From an uncultured Planctomycetales bacterium (GTDB lineage: Bacteria > Omnitrophota > Gorgyraeia > Zapsychrales > Fredricksoniimonadaceae), in contig CAZFNI010000001.1 in NCBI GenBank assembly GCA_964520655.1, positions 122,283 through 186,282 of the forward strand: 64,000 bases of DNA. The letters run 5' to 3'. Below are positions 20,171-32,200 of the stretch, one piece after another. The first letter of the stretch is position 1; each line of letters begins with the position of its first letter. The notes under the pieces were generated by a model. The model did no database searches. It saw only the letters and a program-made list of their open reading frames with translations, and had not been told where the DNA came from. Made by a program: the position numbers and the translations under genes.

Positions 20171-20749
20171 ATGGAAGCAGCAACGAAACGTAAAATTTTG
20201 ACTTGGATCGCTATTGGTGTTGGATGTTGCATCTTAACGGCGGGATTTTGGTATTTGTCGTTTATTGGGCAATTCTATCCGTACCGTGATGACATGTATA
20301 AATTCCGGATAAAATTCCCCAGGAAATGGCAGTATGTTGTTCATCCTATGCCTGGCGGGGCTTTTGCGGTCTATAAACCGTTCGTAGCGGGGCAAGAAGG
20401 TTTTCGCGATACGGTGAATGTTTCCGTTCAGGACCTTCCAGCTAATATCGCGACGATCAAGGATTTGACTAATACGGTACTGAATCAAATGAAGGCGGTA
20501 TTTAATAATTTGAAGGTTGAGATCTCTCAGCCTGCAATGCTGGGAGAACGCAAGGCCTGGATGGTTGTCTTTTCCGCGGATAAGCCGGATCCGATGAAGA
20601 TATTGACTGTTTGGACGATCAGGGACGCGGAGAAAGCGTATATCGTGACCTATATCGCCAGGGCGGGAACTTATCAAGAGTCTCTTCCTTTGGTTGAATA
20701 CATGATGAAGACATTCAAAACATTTAATAGTGTTGAGGGAAAGAAGTGA
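20171..20749 (+). CDS. hypothetical membrane-anchored protein
   Basis: N-terminal TM segment. No recognisable motif. Translationally coupled to the next ORF. Confidence 0.4.
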   Translation: MEAATKRKILTWIAIGVGCCILTAGFWYLSFIGQFYPYRDDMYKFRIKFPRKWQYVVHPMPGGAFAVYKPFVAGQEGFRDTVNVSVQDLPANIATIKDLTNTVLNQMKAVFNNLKVEISQPAMLGERKAWMVVFSADKPDPMKILTVWTIRDAEKAYIVTYIARAGTYQESLPLVEYMMKTFKTFNSVEGKK

Positions 20750-21351
20750 TGGAGCAGTCTCCGCTGCCGCAAGAGGTTATTGTCGCGCTCAATGGGGAAA
20801 CAAAAAGTTTCGCTTTCAAAGGGCGGCGGGAATATCCGTCAGTCATGTCCTGGGGCATGGTGGGATTTGGGATCTTCTGGACAGGGTTTATTAGCATATT
20901 TTGGATTGTTTTTTTGGGGCCGATCTTTGCGGGAAAAGAAGTTCACTTCAAACTCAATGGTGTTCCAACGACGGCAGGTATAGGGCATTTGGGGCCATTG
21001 ATGTTTCCAGCTGTATTTATCGGGCTGTTCACCTTGGTTGGTTTCTTTTTGTTGTGGAATGGTGTCAAGATGATGGTTGCTGAGGGACCATGGTTTGTCG
21101 GTACCGCCACACGGTTGATCATCTGGAGTCCTAAAAAATTCCGCACCATTGATTGGAAAAATTTCTCTGGAGACATTATGGTCAATGGCGGAACGGATAA
21201 TGCTGATATTACCTTGTCATTATCCTCTGGGCATATGGAAAGCCGAAAGAATGGTCCAAGTCAATATGTGGCGGATAAAGTCTATATGTGCGGTGTCAGA
21301 AATGCTTTATCAATTGAAGAGATCTGCCGTAAGCGCATCAAAGGGGATTAA
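20746..21351 (+). CDS. hypothetical membrane protein (about 3 TM helices)
   Basis: ATGA overlap with the upstream ORF. Hydrophobic segments are present. Confidence 0.4.
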   Translation: MMEQSPLPQEVIVALNGETKSFAFKGRREYPSVMSWGMVGFGIFWTGFISIFWIVFLGPIFAGKEVHFKLNGVPTTAGIGHLGPLMFPAVFIGLFTLVGFFLLWNGVKMMVAEGPWFVGTATRLIIWSPKKFRTIDWKNFSGDIMVNGGTDNADITLSLSSGHMESRKNGPSQYVADKVYMCGVRNALSIEEICRKRIKGD

Positions 21352-21992
21352 AGCCCCATTCTCTCGCTCAAGAATTCTTCCATACTGCTGCAATTTAAAT
21401 AAGGGTTGGATTGTAATTGCCGGCCGATCGTGTCAGTGGGGGTTGGGCCGTAATTATGACCAGGATAGACCACTGTATCGCTGGGGAGTTTGGCGATAAC
21501 CTGGGATAAGCTTTGATACATGACCTTTGCGTCTCCGCCGGGAAGGTCGCAGCGTCCGCAGCCGTCGATAAATAATGTGTCGCCGCTGATCAATTTCCCC
21601 TGTGCGAGGAAGCATTGACAGCCAGGGGTGTGACCGGGTGTATGCAAGACATCAACAATGATGTTTCCGACCGATAATTGCGCATGATCGTCAATGGGGA
21701 CAAGATTATTAAGATTCTTGGTCAAAAATGGTGCTTCCTTTCTGGAAATATAAACAGGCATATCTTTGTATTTAAGTGCCAGATGAAGTCCATTGACGTG
21801 GTCGGGGTGTGCATGGGTCAGAAAAACACTGGTGATGGTGTGTCCAAGTTTATGGGCTTCCTTGAGTAAAAAAGGGACGTCCCACGCGGGATCGACGATC
21901 GCCATTTCTTTTGTGCTGGGATCGCCTAAGAGGTAAAGGAAATTATTGAGCGGTCCTATTTCGTATTGCAAAATCAAAAGTTGATTTTTCAT
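21348..21992 (-). CDS. MBL-fold metallo-hydrolase (hydroxyacylglutathione hydrolase-like)
   Basis: HAHPDH metal-binding motif and HTPGHTPG. Confidence 0.8.
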   Translation of the reverse strand: MKNQLLILQYEIGPLNNFLYLLGDPSTKEMAIVDPAWDVPFLLKEAHKLGHTITSVFLTHAHPDHVNGLHLALKYKDMPVYISRKEAPFLTKNLNNLVPIDDHAQLSVGNIIVDVLHTPGHTPGCQCFLAQGKLISGDTLFIDGCGRCDLPGGDAKVMYQSLSQVIAKLPSDTVVYPGHNYGPTPTDTIGRQLQSNPYLNCSSMEEFLSERMGL

Positions 21993-22037
21993 ATGGTTTA
22001 TTTATACTTGGTTTATTGAAATTATCAAGAAAAACGT

Positions 22038-22610
22038 GTGTCTATTGGGGAGGCGTACATGGCATTGCTCGAATCGGTCAAGATCCCTCTGGGGACTGTG
22101 ATCCCTCAGTTTGAATTGAAGGATCCATTTGGAAAATCATATACATCTGATTCCCTGTTTGGTGAAAGGGGATTGTTGGTCGTCTTCACCTGCAATCATT
22201 GCCCGTATGCGCTGGCGGTGTGGCCGAGAGTTGTGCGGTTGGCCAATTACGGTAAGGGTATGAGGGTCAATACGGTTGCGATCAATCCGAATATTAATCC
22301 GCAGTTTCCCGACGATGCTCCGGATAAAATGATCCTTAAGATCAAGGAATTGGGGATGGAATTCCCTTACCTGGTGGATGCGACCCAAAAGACCGCGGAT
22401 GCGTTTAAGGCCCAATGCACGCCGGACATCTATTTGTTCGATAAGAACAAGAAGCTGGTTTATCATGGCCGCATTGATGATAACTGGAAAGACGAGAGTG
22501 CGGTCACGCGTGAAGAATTGAAGGAAGCGATGAATAATATGGCGGCAGGGCGGCCGATCGATCTCAAGCAGAATCCTTCCATGGGGTGTTCTATTAAATG
22601 GCTTGAATAG
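22038..22610 (+). CDS. thioredoxin-fold thiol-disulfide oxidoreductase (redoxin/AhpC-TSA family)
   Basis: CxxC motif TCNHCPYA in thioredoxin-fold context. Confidence 0.65.
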   Translation: MSIGEAYMALLESVKIPLGTVIPQFELKDPFGKSYTSDSLFGERGLLVVFTCNHCPYALAVWPRVVRLANYGKGMRVNTVAINPNINPQFPDDAPDKMILKIKELGMEFPYLVDATQKTADAFKAQCTPDIYLFDKNKKLVYHGRIDDNWKDESAVTREELKEAMNNMAAGRPIDLKQNPSMGCSIKWLE

Positions 22611-22673
22611 TCTTACATCAAGGGGATGTAAAACCCCTTTGATTTTTATGCCAGTAATGATACACTATCTCAT

Positions 22674-23123
22674 ATGAGAACGGATACGGTCGTCAATGAA
22701 CGCAAAAGGTATGAGCAATACCTGCTTCGTGCCGGCTTAAGGTTTACGCGCGGCAGAGGCGGTGTATTTAAAGAAGCAATGTCTGCTCACGGTCATTTTA
22801 CGGCCGAAGATATTGTTAAATTGTGTTTAGGGCATACCCCTGGGATATCAAGGGCAACGGTCTACAGGGCTTTGCACGAGATGATGGAGGCGGGAGTTGT
22901 GCGCGGCACGGCTTTTGGCGAGAAACATCAGGTTTTCGAGCATGTCTATGATGAGAAACCTCATCATCATGCGCGCTGTATCCATTGCCATACGCTTCTA
23001 GAGTTCGCAGATAAAGGGGAAGATAAGCTTTATCGTCCCACGCTTGAGAAAATGGGGTTTAAAGTTTTGGGGCATGAAATGCATTTTTATGGTGTTTGCC
23101 GCAAGTGTCAGGGGGGTGTATGA
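22674..23123 (+). CDS. Fur-family metalloregulator (likely Mn/Fe uptake regulator)
   Basis: [12 protein letters not shown]. Metal sites [10 protein letters not shown] and CRKC. Overlaps the start of the Nramp gene. Confidence 0.8.
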   Translation: MRTDTVVNERKRYEQYLLRAGLRFTRGRGGVFKEAMSAHGHFTAEDIVKLCLGHTPGISRATVYRALHEMMEAGVVRGTAFGEKHQVFEHVYDEKPHHHARCIHCHTLLEFADKGEDKLYRPTLEKMGFKVLGHEMHFYGVCRKCQGGV

Positions 23124-24451
23124 AACAAGCGTGGCGTCAGGATGTTGGAGTGCCGAGTCTTCAGGAAGTGCATGCGTCTGTTGCTGTACCGGTCACAGCC
23201 AGCCCGTGGCGCAAGATGCTGGCTTTTTTAGGCCCGGGATTAATGGTTGCTGTGGGGTATATGGATCCGGGGAATTGGGCGACGGATCTTGCGGGCGGAG
23301 CTCAATTCGGATATGCGCTGTTATCTGTTATTATGATCTCAAATTTGATGGCGATCCTGCTGCAGCATTTATCGCTTAAGCTGGGAATTGTTACCGGCCG
23401 GGATCTGGCTCAAGCGTGCCGTGATCATTACAGCAAGCCGGTCGCATTTTGTTTGTGGGTCCTTTGCGAGATAGCCATCGCGGCGTGTGATCTGGCGGAA
23501 GTTATCGGTTCTGCCATCGCCCTGAATTTGTTGTTTGGGATACCTTTGGTGGTGGGGATACTCATTACGGCATTTGATGTGATCGTGATCCTGTATTTGC
23601 AGCATAAAGGTTTTCGTATCCTTGAATGCATTGTCGGGGGCTTGATCGTCCTGATCGGAGGATGTTTCGCTTATGAAATGATCGTTTCTCATCCCTCCAT
23701 GGGTGGGGTGCTTGCTGGCTTGCTGCCCAGGCCTGAGATTGTGACCAATCCAACGATGCTGTATATCGCGATCGGTATTCTGGGGGCCACGGTGATGCCG
23801 CATAATTTATATCTGCATTCCAGTATTGTTCAAACACGGGCTTTTGAACGAAACGACGCTGGTAAAAAAATGGCTATCCGTTTTGCGACGATTGATTCAT
23901 CGCTGGCGCTTTTATGTGCCTTTTTTATCAATGCGGCTATTTTGATCTTAAGCGCAGCGGCGTTCCACGGGACAGAACATGCGCAGGTTGCCGATATCCA
24001 TGACGCGTATAAATTATTGACCCCTGTTCTGGGGGCTACTTTTGCCAGTACTGTTTTCGCGGTGGCGCTTCTGGCTTCAGGTCAGAATTCTACATTGACA
24101 GGGACATTGGCAGGGCAGATCGTCATGGAGGGGTTCCTTAATATTCGTTTAAGGCCCTGGGTGCGCCGACTTTTGACCCGGTTGGTTGCGATCGTCCCTG
24201 CGGTAGCGGTAGCTGCCATCTATGGGGATAAGGGCGTCGGCAGTTTATTGGTACTAAGCCAGGTGATCTTGTCCTTGCAGCTAAGTTTTGCAGTAGTGCC
24301 GCTGGTCCTGTTTACGGGGGATAAACTTAAAATGGGACAATTTGTAAATCCCAGGTGGTTGCAATTGACGGCGTGGATGATTACCGCTATTATTGTGTCT
24401 TTGAATCTGTACTTATTATTCCAGACGTTTAAAGGATGGTTTGGGGTGTGA
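23120..24451 (+). CDS. mntH: Nramp-family divalent metal (Mn2+/Fe2+) transporter
   Basis: [28 protein letters not shown], the Nramp consensus transport motif. About 11 TM helices. Confidence 0.9.
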   Translation: MKQAWRQDVGVPSLQEVHASVAVPVTASPWRKMLAFLGPGLMVAVGYMDPGNWATDLAGGAQFGYALLSVIMISNLMAILLQHLSLKLGIVTGRDLAQACRDHYSKPVAFCLWVLCEIAIAACDLAEVIGSAIALNLLFGIPLVVGILITAFDVIVILYLQHKGFRILECIVGGLIVLIGGCFAYEMIVSHPSMGGVLAGLLPRPEIVTNPTMLYIAIGILGATVMPHNLYLHSSIVQTRAFERNDAGKKMAIRFATIDSSLALLCAFFINAAILILSAAAFHGTEHAQVADIHDAYKLLTPVLGATFASTVFAVALLASGQNSTLTGTLAGQIVMEGFLNIRLRPWVRRLLTRLVAIVPAVAVAAIYGDKGVGSLLVLSQVILSLQLSFAVVPLVLFTGDKLKMGQFVNPRWLQLTAWMITAIIVSLNLYLLFQTFKGWFGV

Positions 24452-24452
24452 T

Positions 24453-24890
24453 ATGTATCAAAAGATATTAGTTCCGCTGGATAATTCACCAACCGACCAG
24501 GTGATCTTGCAGCACATACGTCCTTTGGTGAAGCTAACTTCGGCAGAGATTGTTCTGGTCCATGTGGCCGACGGGTTTGCGGCGCGTCTTCAGGGGCAGT
24601 TGAATTTGGCTGACTCTAAAGAAATAACAGAGGACCAGCGTTATTTAAATGAGCAGACGCAATTACTGTCCCAGGAGGGAATTGCGGTTAAAGCGTTCCT
24701 GCTGCAGGGCAAGGAGCCGGCTGAGGCGATCTTGACGCTGGCTAAGACAGAGCAATGTGATCTGATCGCCATGGCCACTCATGGTCATGGTTTTGTCAAA
24801 GATGTTATTTTAGGTAGTGTTGCGGACCAGCTGCGTCATGCGACGAATATTCCGATATTGATGATCAAGGACCCGGGCTGTGAGCGCTGA
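24453..24890 (+). CDS. universal stress protein (UspA family)
   Basis: KILVPLDNS...IVLVHV...ATHGHGFVKDVILGSVADQLRHATNIPILMIK. The ORF track uses a TTG at 24441, but the ATG at 24453 is more likely. Confidence 0.7.
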   Translation: MYQKILVPLDNSPTDQVILQHIRPLVKLTSAEIVLVHVADGFAARLQGQLNLADSKEITEDQRYLNEQTQLLSQEGIAVKAFLLQGKEPAEAILTLAKTEQCDLIAMATHGHGFVKDVILGSVADQLRHATNIPILMIKDPGCER

Positions 24891-25722
24891 GATCTACTTA
24901 AAACGGATGATGGAGTTTGCCAAGAAGGCGGGCGAGGTGTCGCTGCGCTATCGCGATGACAGTGATCCTGGTCTTAAGCCTGACCAGACAGTGATCACCA
25001 AGGCGGATAAAGAGATCTCAGCCCTGTGCCGCATGAAATTCGCCGATATCATTGACGGCAAAGAACATATCATGGTGGATGAGGAAGATCCGGCCGTGGC
25101 AAGCTATCTCGATCAGGGGGTGTTGGACAGGGTTAAATATGTCTGGTCTTTGGATCCGATCGACGGGACGCGTTTGTACGCCAATCGCATGCCGACTTTT
25201 GGGGTATCGCTGGGGGTGCTAAAAGATCTGAAACCCTGGCTTGGGGTGGTATATTTCCCGGTGCTTGATGAATTGTTCTTTAGTGATGGTCAGTATGCGT
25301 ATTTTGTCAGCGATGCGTTTAGCGAATATGAACAGCGGCGATTGATCGTTCCTATTGATGAGCAGATATCTCCACAATCGTTGTTTTTTTGCAATGACAC
25401 CTTCTTTCGTAAATATAACTGGTCGGATAAGGATTTTCATATCATGATCCACGCCTGCGCAGTGGTCAATTTGTGCTGGCCGGCGATCGGGCGGGGTATG
25501 GGGTGTTTTTTAAAATCCAGCCTTTGGGATTTTGCCGGCAGCTGGCCGATCATGAAAGCGGCGGGTATGGATTTCCGTCGAGTCTCTGACGGGCGGGTGT
25601 TGGAGCGCATTGAAGCATCGCTTTTTATGGGCAATGCCAAACATTGGGAGTTAAGGGATTATCACATGATCTCATCGAAACGTAATTTTGATATCATCAG
25701 ATCGAAGATAGTGGGCCTATGA
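24880..25722 (+). CDS. inositol monophosphatase / FBPase-family phosphatase
   Basis: IMPase motifs DEED, LDPIDGT and WDFAGSWPIMKAAG. Confidence 0.65.
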   Translation: MSAEIYLKRMMEFAKKAGEVSLRYRDDSDPGLKPDQTVITKADKEISALCRMKFADIIDGKEHIMVDEEDPAVASYLDQGVLDRVKYVWSLDPIDGTRLYANRMPTFGVSLGVLKDLKPWLGVVYFPVLDELFFSDGQYAYFVSDAFSEYEQRRLIVPIDEQISPQSLFFCNDTFFRKYNWSDKDFHIMIHACAVVNLCWPAIGRGMGCFLKSSLWDFAGSWPIMKAAGMDFRRVSDGRVLERIEASLFMGNAKHWELRDYHMISSKRNFDIIRSKIVGL

Positions 25723-26474
25723 TCATTACGATCGATATTGGAAATACGACGATCGCTGTCGCGCTGATGCAGAAGCGCAGGGTTGTTGTTATGGAGCGTC
25801 TGGATACGGACCTCTCGGCAACGCGCCTAGCGGTTTCTTTAAAGGCGATGTTTGGGCGGTTGAAAAACAAGCATACTATTAAAGGGGTTGCTATTACCAG
25901 TGTTGTTCCAAAAAAGACTGTAATTGTGGAGAGACAATCTTATAATTTCTTCGGAATTAAAGCAAAAGTGGTTGGTAGAGATATATTTGTTCCTTTGGCC
26001 AACCGGTATAAAGATCCTAAACAAGTTGGGCAAGACCGCCTGGTCGGGGCCTATGCGGCCAGCCAATTATACGGTCAGCCGGTCATTGTCATTGATCTGG
26101 GGACAGCGATCACTTTTGATGTTGTTTCTCCCAAAGGTGAATATCTGGGCGGCGTGATCGTCCCTGGGATAAGGCTTTCGGCGGAGTCATTATTCTTAAA
26201 GACGGCGCTGCTGCCCAAAATTGATATTCAGGCTCCAAAGACTGTCATTGGCCGGACCACGCAGGAAAGCATTTTAAGCGGGTTGTTCTATGGTTATGGC
26301 TCACTGTGCCAGGGCTTTATTAATCTGATCTCAGCACAAATAAAAGCGCGGCCCAAAGTGGTTATGACGGGCGGGCACACGCATTTGATGAAAAAGTTTG
26401 TTTCTTCCAAGATCCGCATCATTGACGACGGGCTCGTCCATAAAGGAATGGCACTGTTGGTCGGGGAGTGCTAA
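25719..26474 (+). CDS. coaX: type III pantothenate kinase
   Basis: MIITIDIGNTTIAVAL N-terminal ASKHA motif. About 250 aa. Confidence 0.85.
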   Translation: MIITIDIGNTTIAVALMQKRRVVVMERLDTDLSATRLAVSLKAMFGRLKNKHTIKGVAITSVVPKKTVIVERQSYNFFGIKAKVVGRDIFVPLANRYKDPKQVGQDRLVGAYAASQLYGQPVIVIDLGTAITFDVVSPKGEYLGGVIVPGIRLSAESLFLKTALLPKIDIQAPKTVIGRTTQESILSGLFYGYGSLCQGFINLISAQIKARPKVVMTGGHTHLMKKFVSSKIRIIDDGLVHKGMALLVGEC

Positions 26475-26481
26475 AAAATTC

Positions 26482-26534
26482 TTGACAAAGAAAAAAGCTT
26501 TGCTATATTAGCACTCTGTAATTTGTAGTGCTAA
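26482..26534 (+). promoter_or_regulatory. sigma70-type promoter (TTGACA-16-TATATT) overlapping a CIRCE operator (HrcA site) upstream of groES
   Basis: TTGACA at 26482-26487. TATATT at 26504-26509. CIRCE TTAGCACTC-N9-TAGTGCTAA at 26508-26534 (consensus TTAGCACTC-N9-GAGTGCTAA). Confidence 0.7.
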
Positions 26535-26588
26535 ATTCTCATTCTAAGATTTTTCGTGTAACAACCATATAAATCGGAGGGAAAGTAT

Positions 26589-26879
26589 ATGGCCATTCAA
26601 CCGTTAGGCGACCGCATCGTGGTCAAAGTGTTGGAAGCAAAAGAAGTCACAAAAGGGGGTATCTTACTTCCTGAAACAGCGAAAGAAAAACCGCAGGAAG
26701 CCAAAGTTGTGGCTGTCGGCAAAGGCCGCGTCAAGGAAAACGGCCAATTGATCCCATTAGAGGTCAAGGTTGGCGACCGCGTGCTGTATGGCAAATACAG
26801 CGGGACCGAGATCACCACGACCGATGGTGAAGAGCTGTTGATCATGAAAGAAGAAGACATTTTAGCGATCGTAAAATAA
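26589..26879 (+). CDS. groES: co-chaperonin GroES
   Basis: 96 aa. [11 protein letters not shown]-type start. Mobile loop present. Confidence 0.95.
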   Translation: MAIQPLGDRIVVKVLEAKEVTKGGILLPETAKEKPQEAKVVAVGKGRVKENGQLIPLEVKVGDRVLYGKYSGTEITTTDGEELLIMKEEDILAIVK

Positions 26880-26888
26880 TTATTCTAA

Positions 26889-28556
<1,668 letters not shown>

Positions 28557-28584
28557 AAAAGGGAAGTATTCCTTTTTCAAAGAG

Positions 28585-28620
28585 GGTGCTTTACAGCACC
28601 CTCTTTTCTTTTTATAATCG
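28585..28620 (+). terminator. Rho-independent terminator after groEL
   Basis: AGAGGGTGCT-TTAC-AGCACCCTCT hairpin followed by a T-rich run. Confidence 0.55.
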
Positions 28621-28654
28621 CATCTTTATCAAACAATATAAAGAAAGACGGTTT

Positions 28655-29116
28655 ATGAAAAATCAAATGAATGGCTCAGTGATGTTGTGTGTGGTGATCG
28701 CGGCAGTTATTGTTCTGACGGGATGCACATCCATGTCTTGTTCTAAAAAAAGCACCTGTCCTGTTAAAAAAGAGTCAACAGCTATAAAAGATCAGGCTGC
28801 CGCAAAACCGGTTGTTCCCCAAGCGGCAGAAGGCTCCATTAAAAGTGATGATGCCACTGTTCTTAGCAGCGGTTTTAATGCCGTATGGCTGGCATCCCAG
28901 AAAACGATACAGCAAATGGGTTTAGTCAGTATCAGTGACAGGTCTGAAGGGCATATTCAGGCGCGTATACGTATGGCAGTGGTGGATGTTAATATTGAAA
29001 AGGTAGATGCCAAAAGCACTCGTGTGAAAGTCAACGCGCTTAAAGATGCTGCCATAGATGATGCGCTTAACGCGGAAATATTTGGCAAGATCAAAGCAGC
29101 TTCCGTGCTGTATTAA
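28655..29116 (+). CDS. putative lipoprotein
   Basis: ATG at 28655 after the terminator. Lipobox LTGC in MKNQMNGSVMLCVVIAAVIVLTGCTS. Confidence 0.5.
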   Translation: MKNQMNGSVMLCVVIAAVIVLTGCTSMSCSKKSTCPVKKESTAIKDQAAAKPVVPQAAEGSIKSDDATVLSSGFNAVWLASQKTIQQMGLVSISDRSEGHIQARIRMAVVDVNIEKVDAKSTRVKVNALKDAAIDDALNAEIFGKIKAASVLY

Positions 29117-29237
29117 ACCGTCTCAGAAGTACTCCATAGCAGACCAGTAAAAAGTGCCGTTGGCGCTTTTTTATGCTATCCTTACCTTGGTTTCAACATA
29201 GTCTATTTTCCAAAAAAAATATACGAAAGAGAGCGGC

Positions 29238-32200
29238 ATGTTTCAACGATTATTCCACTATTTCGTTACAATGGCTTTTTTCACATCAGTAAGTTTACCT
29301 GTGTTTGCCCAACTTCCAGCGATCAATCTTCCGGAACCAGGCGCCGCTGTCACCGTAAGCGCTGTTTATCAGCCGGTGTTGATCAAAGGGGTCAAGGTTG
29401 ACTCCAAGCATCCATTACATCTGGAATTTATTGTCGATCCTAACGGTCTTTCTATTCAAGACAAATCTTTACGAGCCCAAACCCTGCGTTCTGTCAGGTA
29501 TTTTTTAGCTGCGCTTACTGTCCCCAATGATCAATTATGGGTCAATCTTTCGCCGTATGAGAAACAACGCATTATCCCGGATGGTCTTTCCGCCACTGAA
29601 ATGGGGAGGGATCTGCTGGCACAGGATTATCTGCTTAAGCAGTTGACCGCGACATTATTGAGCCCAACGGCGTCGCCAGGTAAAGAATTCTGGGAACGTG
29701 TTTATCGTCAGGGCAGCCACAGCAAACAGGGAGATCCCGTCCGTATTAATGCTTTCCATAAAGTTTGGATCGTTCCGGATCTTGCAGAGATTAGGGAACA
29801 TAACGGGGTCGCGGTCATTGCGAAAAGCCGTTTAAAGGTCATGCTGGAAGAGGATTATCTGGCAGTAAAAAAGAATGCTAGAACGAACGTTACTGAGGGG
29901 AAAGACCGTGCGTCAACTGAATTCATGCGTGCTGTCATCCTCCCTGAACTGGAACGGGAGGTCAATGAAGGAGCGAATTTTAGTATTGTCCGCCAAGTCA
30001 ATGATGCGCTCTTATTAGCGGCATGGTTCAAGCAAAGGGTCAGACAGGGCGTCCTGGCCTCTGTCTACACAGACCGCAACAAGATCGATGGTATTGACCT
30101 TCAGGATAAAACAGCCAAAGAAAAGATCTATACTCGTTATTTGAAGGCATTTAAAAAGGGCGTTTATAATCAGATCAGGGAGGATGTTGACCCATTGACC
30201 CATCTGAAGATGCCGCGTAAATATTTTTCTGGAGGATATGATGGGACGCATCCATTATTCGTTGTCCAGCCGGCTTCAGAACTTTCCATGATAGAGGCTG
30301 CTGGTGGTGCTCGAGCACTGCTTGCGCCTGTTGATCTAATGGTCATGGCTGATCGGGCTCAAGTTTCCCACGTCACGGCCCAGGAGCGCCTGCAGGAGAT
30401 TAGGCATGACGGGTACGCTGGTTTTCCTGTGGTTGTTGGTGATCAAGACCTTCCGTCTGGAATGACTTATGCATTAAGTTTTTATGATGCCACGGCCGGG
30501 GAAAAGAATAATCCTCTACGGGCTCTGATCAAGGCGGGGAAATTACGCGCTGGGCCGGATTTTAAGTTATTGATCGATGGGGTTCAGGACGGGGATGGTA
30601 TCCTGGTGTCAACCGACAGTGAGGTAGAAGTGGATCGGGTGCTGGTCAAGATACTAAGCGGTGATCAACAAGCGGCTGCATTTGATGCCTGGAAAAAGAA
30701 AGCCCGCAGCGCCGCCATTAAACCATTGGCCATCCATACTTCCAGCATGATCGCCCGCCCAACTGAAGTGCTGTATCGATATGGTATTCTTAAGTTGTTG
30801 ATGTCAAAAGATACGGTTTCCATGAAAGAGATCATCGATCATGTTCGTTCCCTGGTTGTTGATGGAACAATCATTCGAAATAATACACCTAATACCCAGT
30901 ATATTTTTGCTGTCCTGCGTGCATATGCCTCGCTGGGTTGGTTGACCTTTGCGGGAGAGTCGGCCAGTGAAGAGATGGTGTTCTCTTTGACAGAGCGTGG
31001 TCAACAGGCGTTGACTGCTGCAAAGAGCTATGCGGCAGTTGCTGATGCTATCCCAGAGTTTGACAAGATCGTTGACCATTTGTTCAACCGTTCATCGGTG
31101 CTGCTTTTGCCTGCTGGCGCCGCTTCATTGCGATCCATGGCTCTAAGTTCTCAACAGGGGTGGGGGTTGCCGGATAATATGGACGAAGAGGTTCGCCATT
31201 TGGTCCGCGGGCAATTGGACGGTTATCTGATCACCAATCTTGCCCTGGCGTTGCATATGGAAGGTGTATTTCGTTTGATCAATGCTGATCTTGACCTGGA
31301 CATGGATGCTATTGTGCGTTCGAGGAAAATTAGCGGGAATACAGATGAACTTAAGGCGGCGCTGGATATTCTAGCCAATGCTGGATTCCTGCGTGAGTAT
31401 GGGGCAGGACGGTACCATGTGACCTCGGAAGGGGTTGTTGCGTTCGACAGGGTCTTGTCATACGGGGTCCCCGTATCTTACAGGCCAAGTTATGACCTGG
31501 CGGAACGTTTTTTGTTCGGAGACGCAAAGCAGATCCCGCGCATGGATGATGAAGGGCATGAATTGCTTGTCTATCGCTACTTGAACGTCCTTGGTTCCGG
31601 TGCCTCGCATGCTACTTATTTTAAGCAAGTTGACAAGATGGTTGTCCAGATGATCCAGCAGCGTTTTAACAGCGGGGACATTCCTGAGCCAGAAGCATTG
31701 ACAACCCTGGCGCCTTTTGTATTGTCATTCGCTGATACCGGCTCCGGTGACGGGAAGTTTTTGGCGCACATTTATCATGTTATTGTGAAGCAAACGCGTT
31801 ACGGCGAGCTGATGCGGGCATATCCACATCTTTATAAGATCGATATGGTGGGGGTGGATTATAACGGTAAATCAAGAGAGGCCACCAGCGCGACACTATC
31901 AGCAGAACGGATCGAACATTCAGTCATTTTCGGGGACATCAATGAGCCTGCTGATATTGTGCGTGACGTGAACAAAGAGCTTGCCAGGAAAAACCAGGGG
32001 TCGCGTCTGTTGGTGATCCATACCCGGACATTCCTGGATCACAATCGTCCCTGGACAGGGATTAAAAATGTGGAACAGGCAAAAGCGCGCGTGTCTTCGT
32101 CAACAGGGACTTATGGCTGGCGCGGTGAGGCGATCCCCAATAATGTCGTCGAGCAGAATCTGTATGAACACTTCAAGTCTTGGGCGGACGCATTAAGTTC

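Noticed and set aside
23044-23379. 111-aa ORF overlapping the fur/mntH junction
   Set aside because: Alternative frame of the MntH N-terminal region. The Nramp frame has the conserved DPGN motif.
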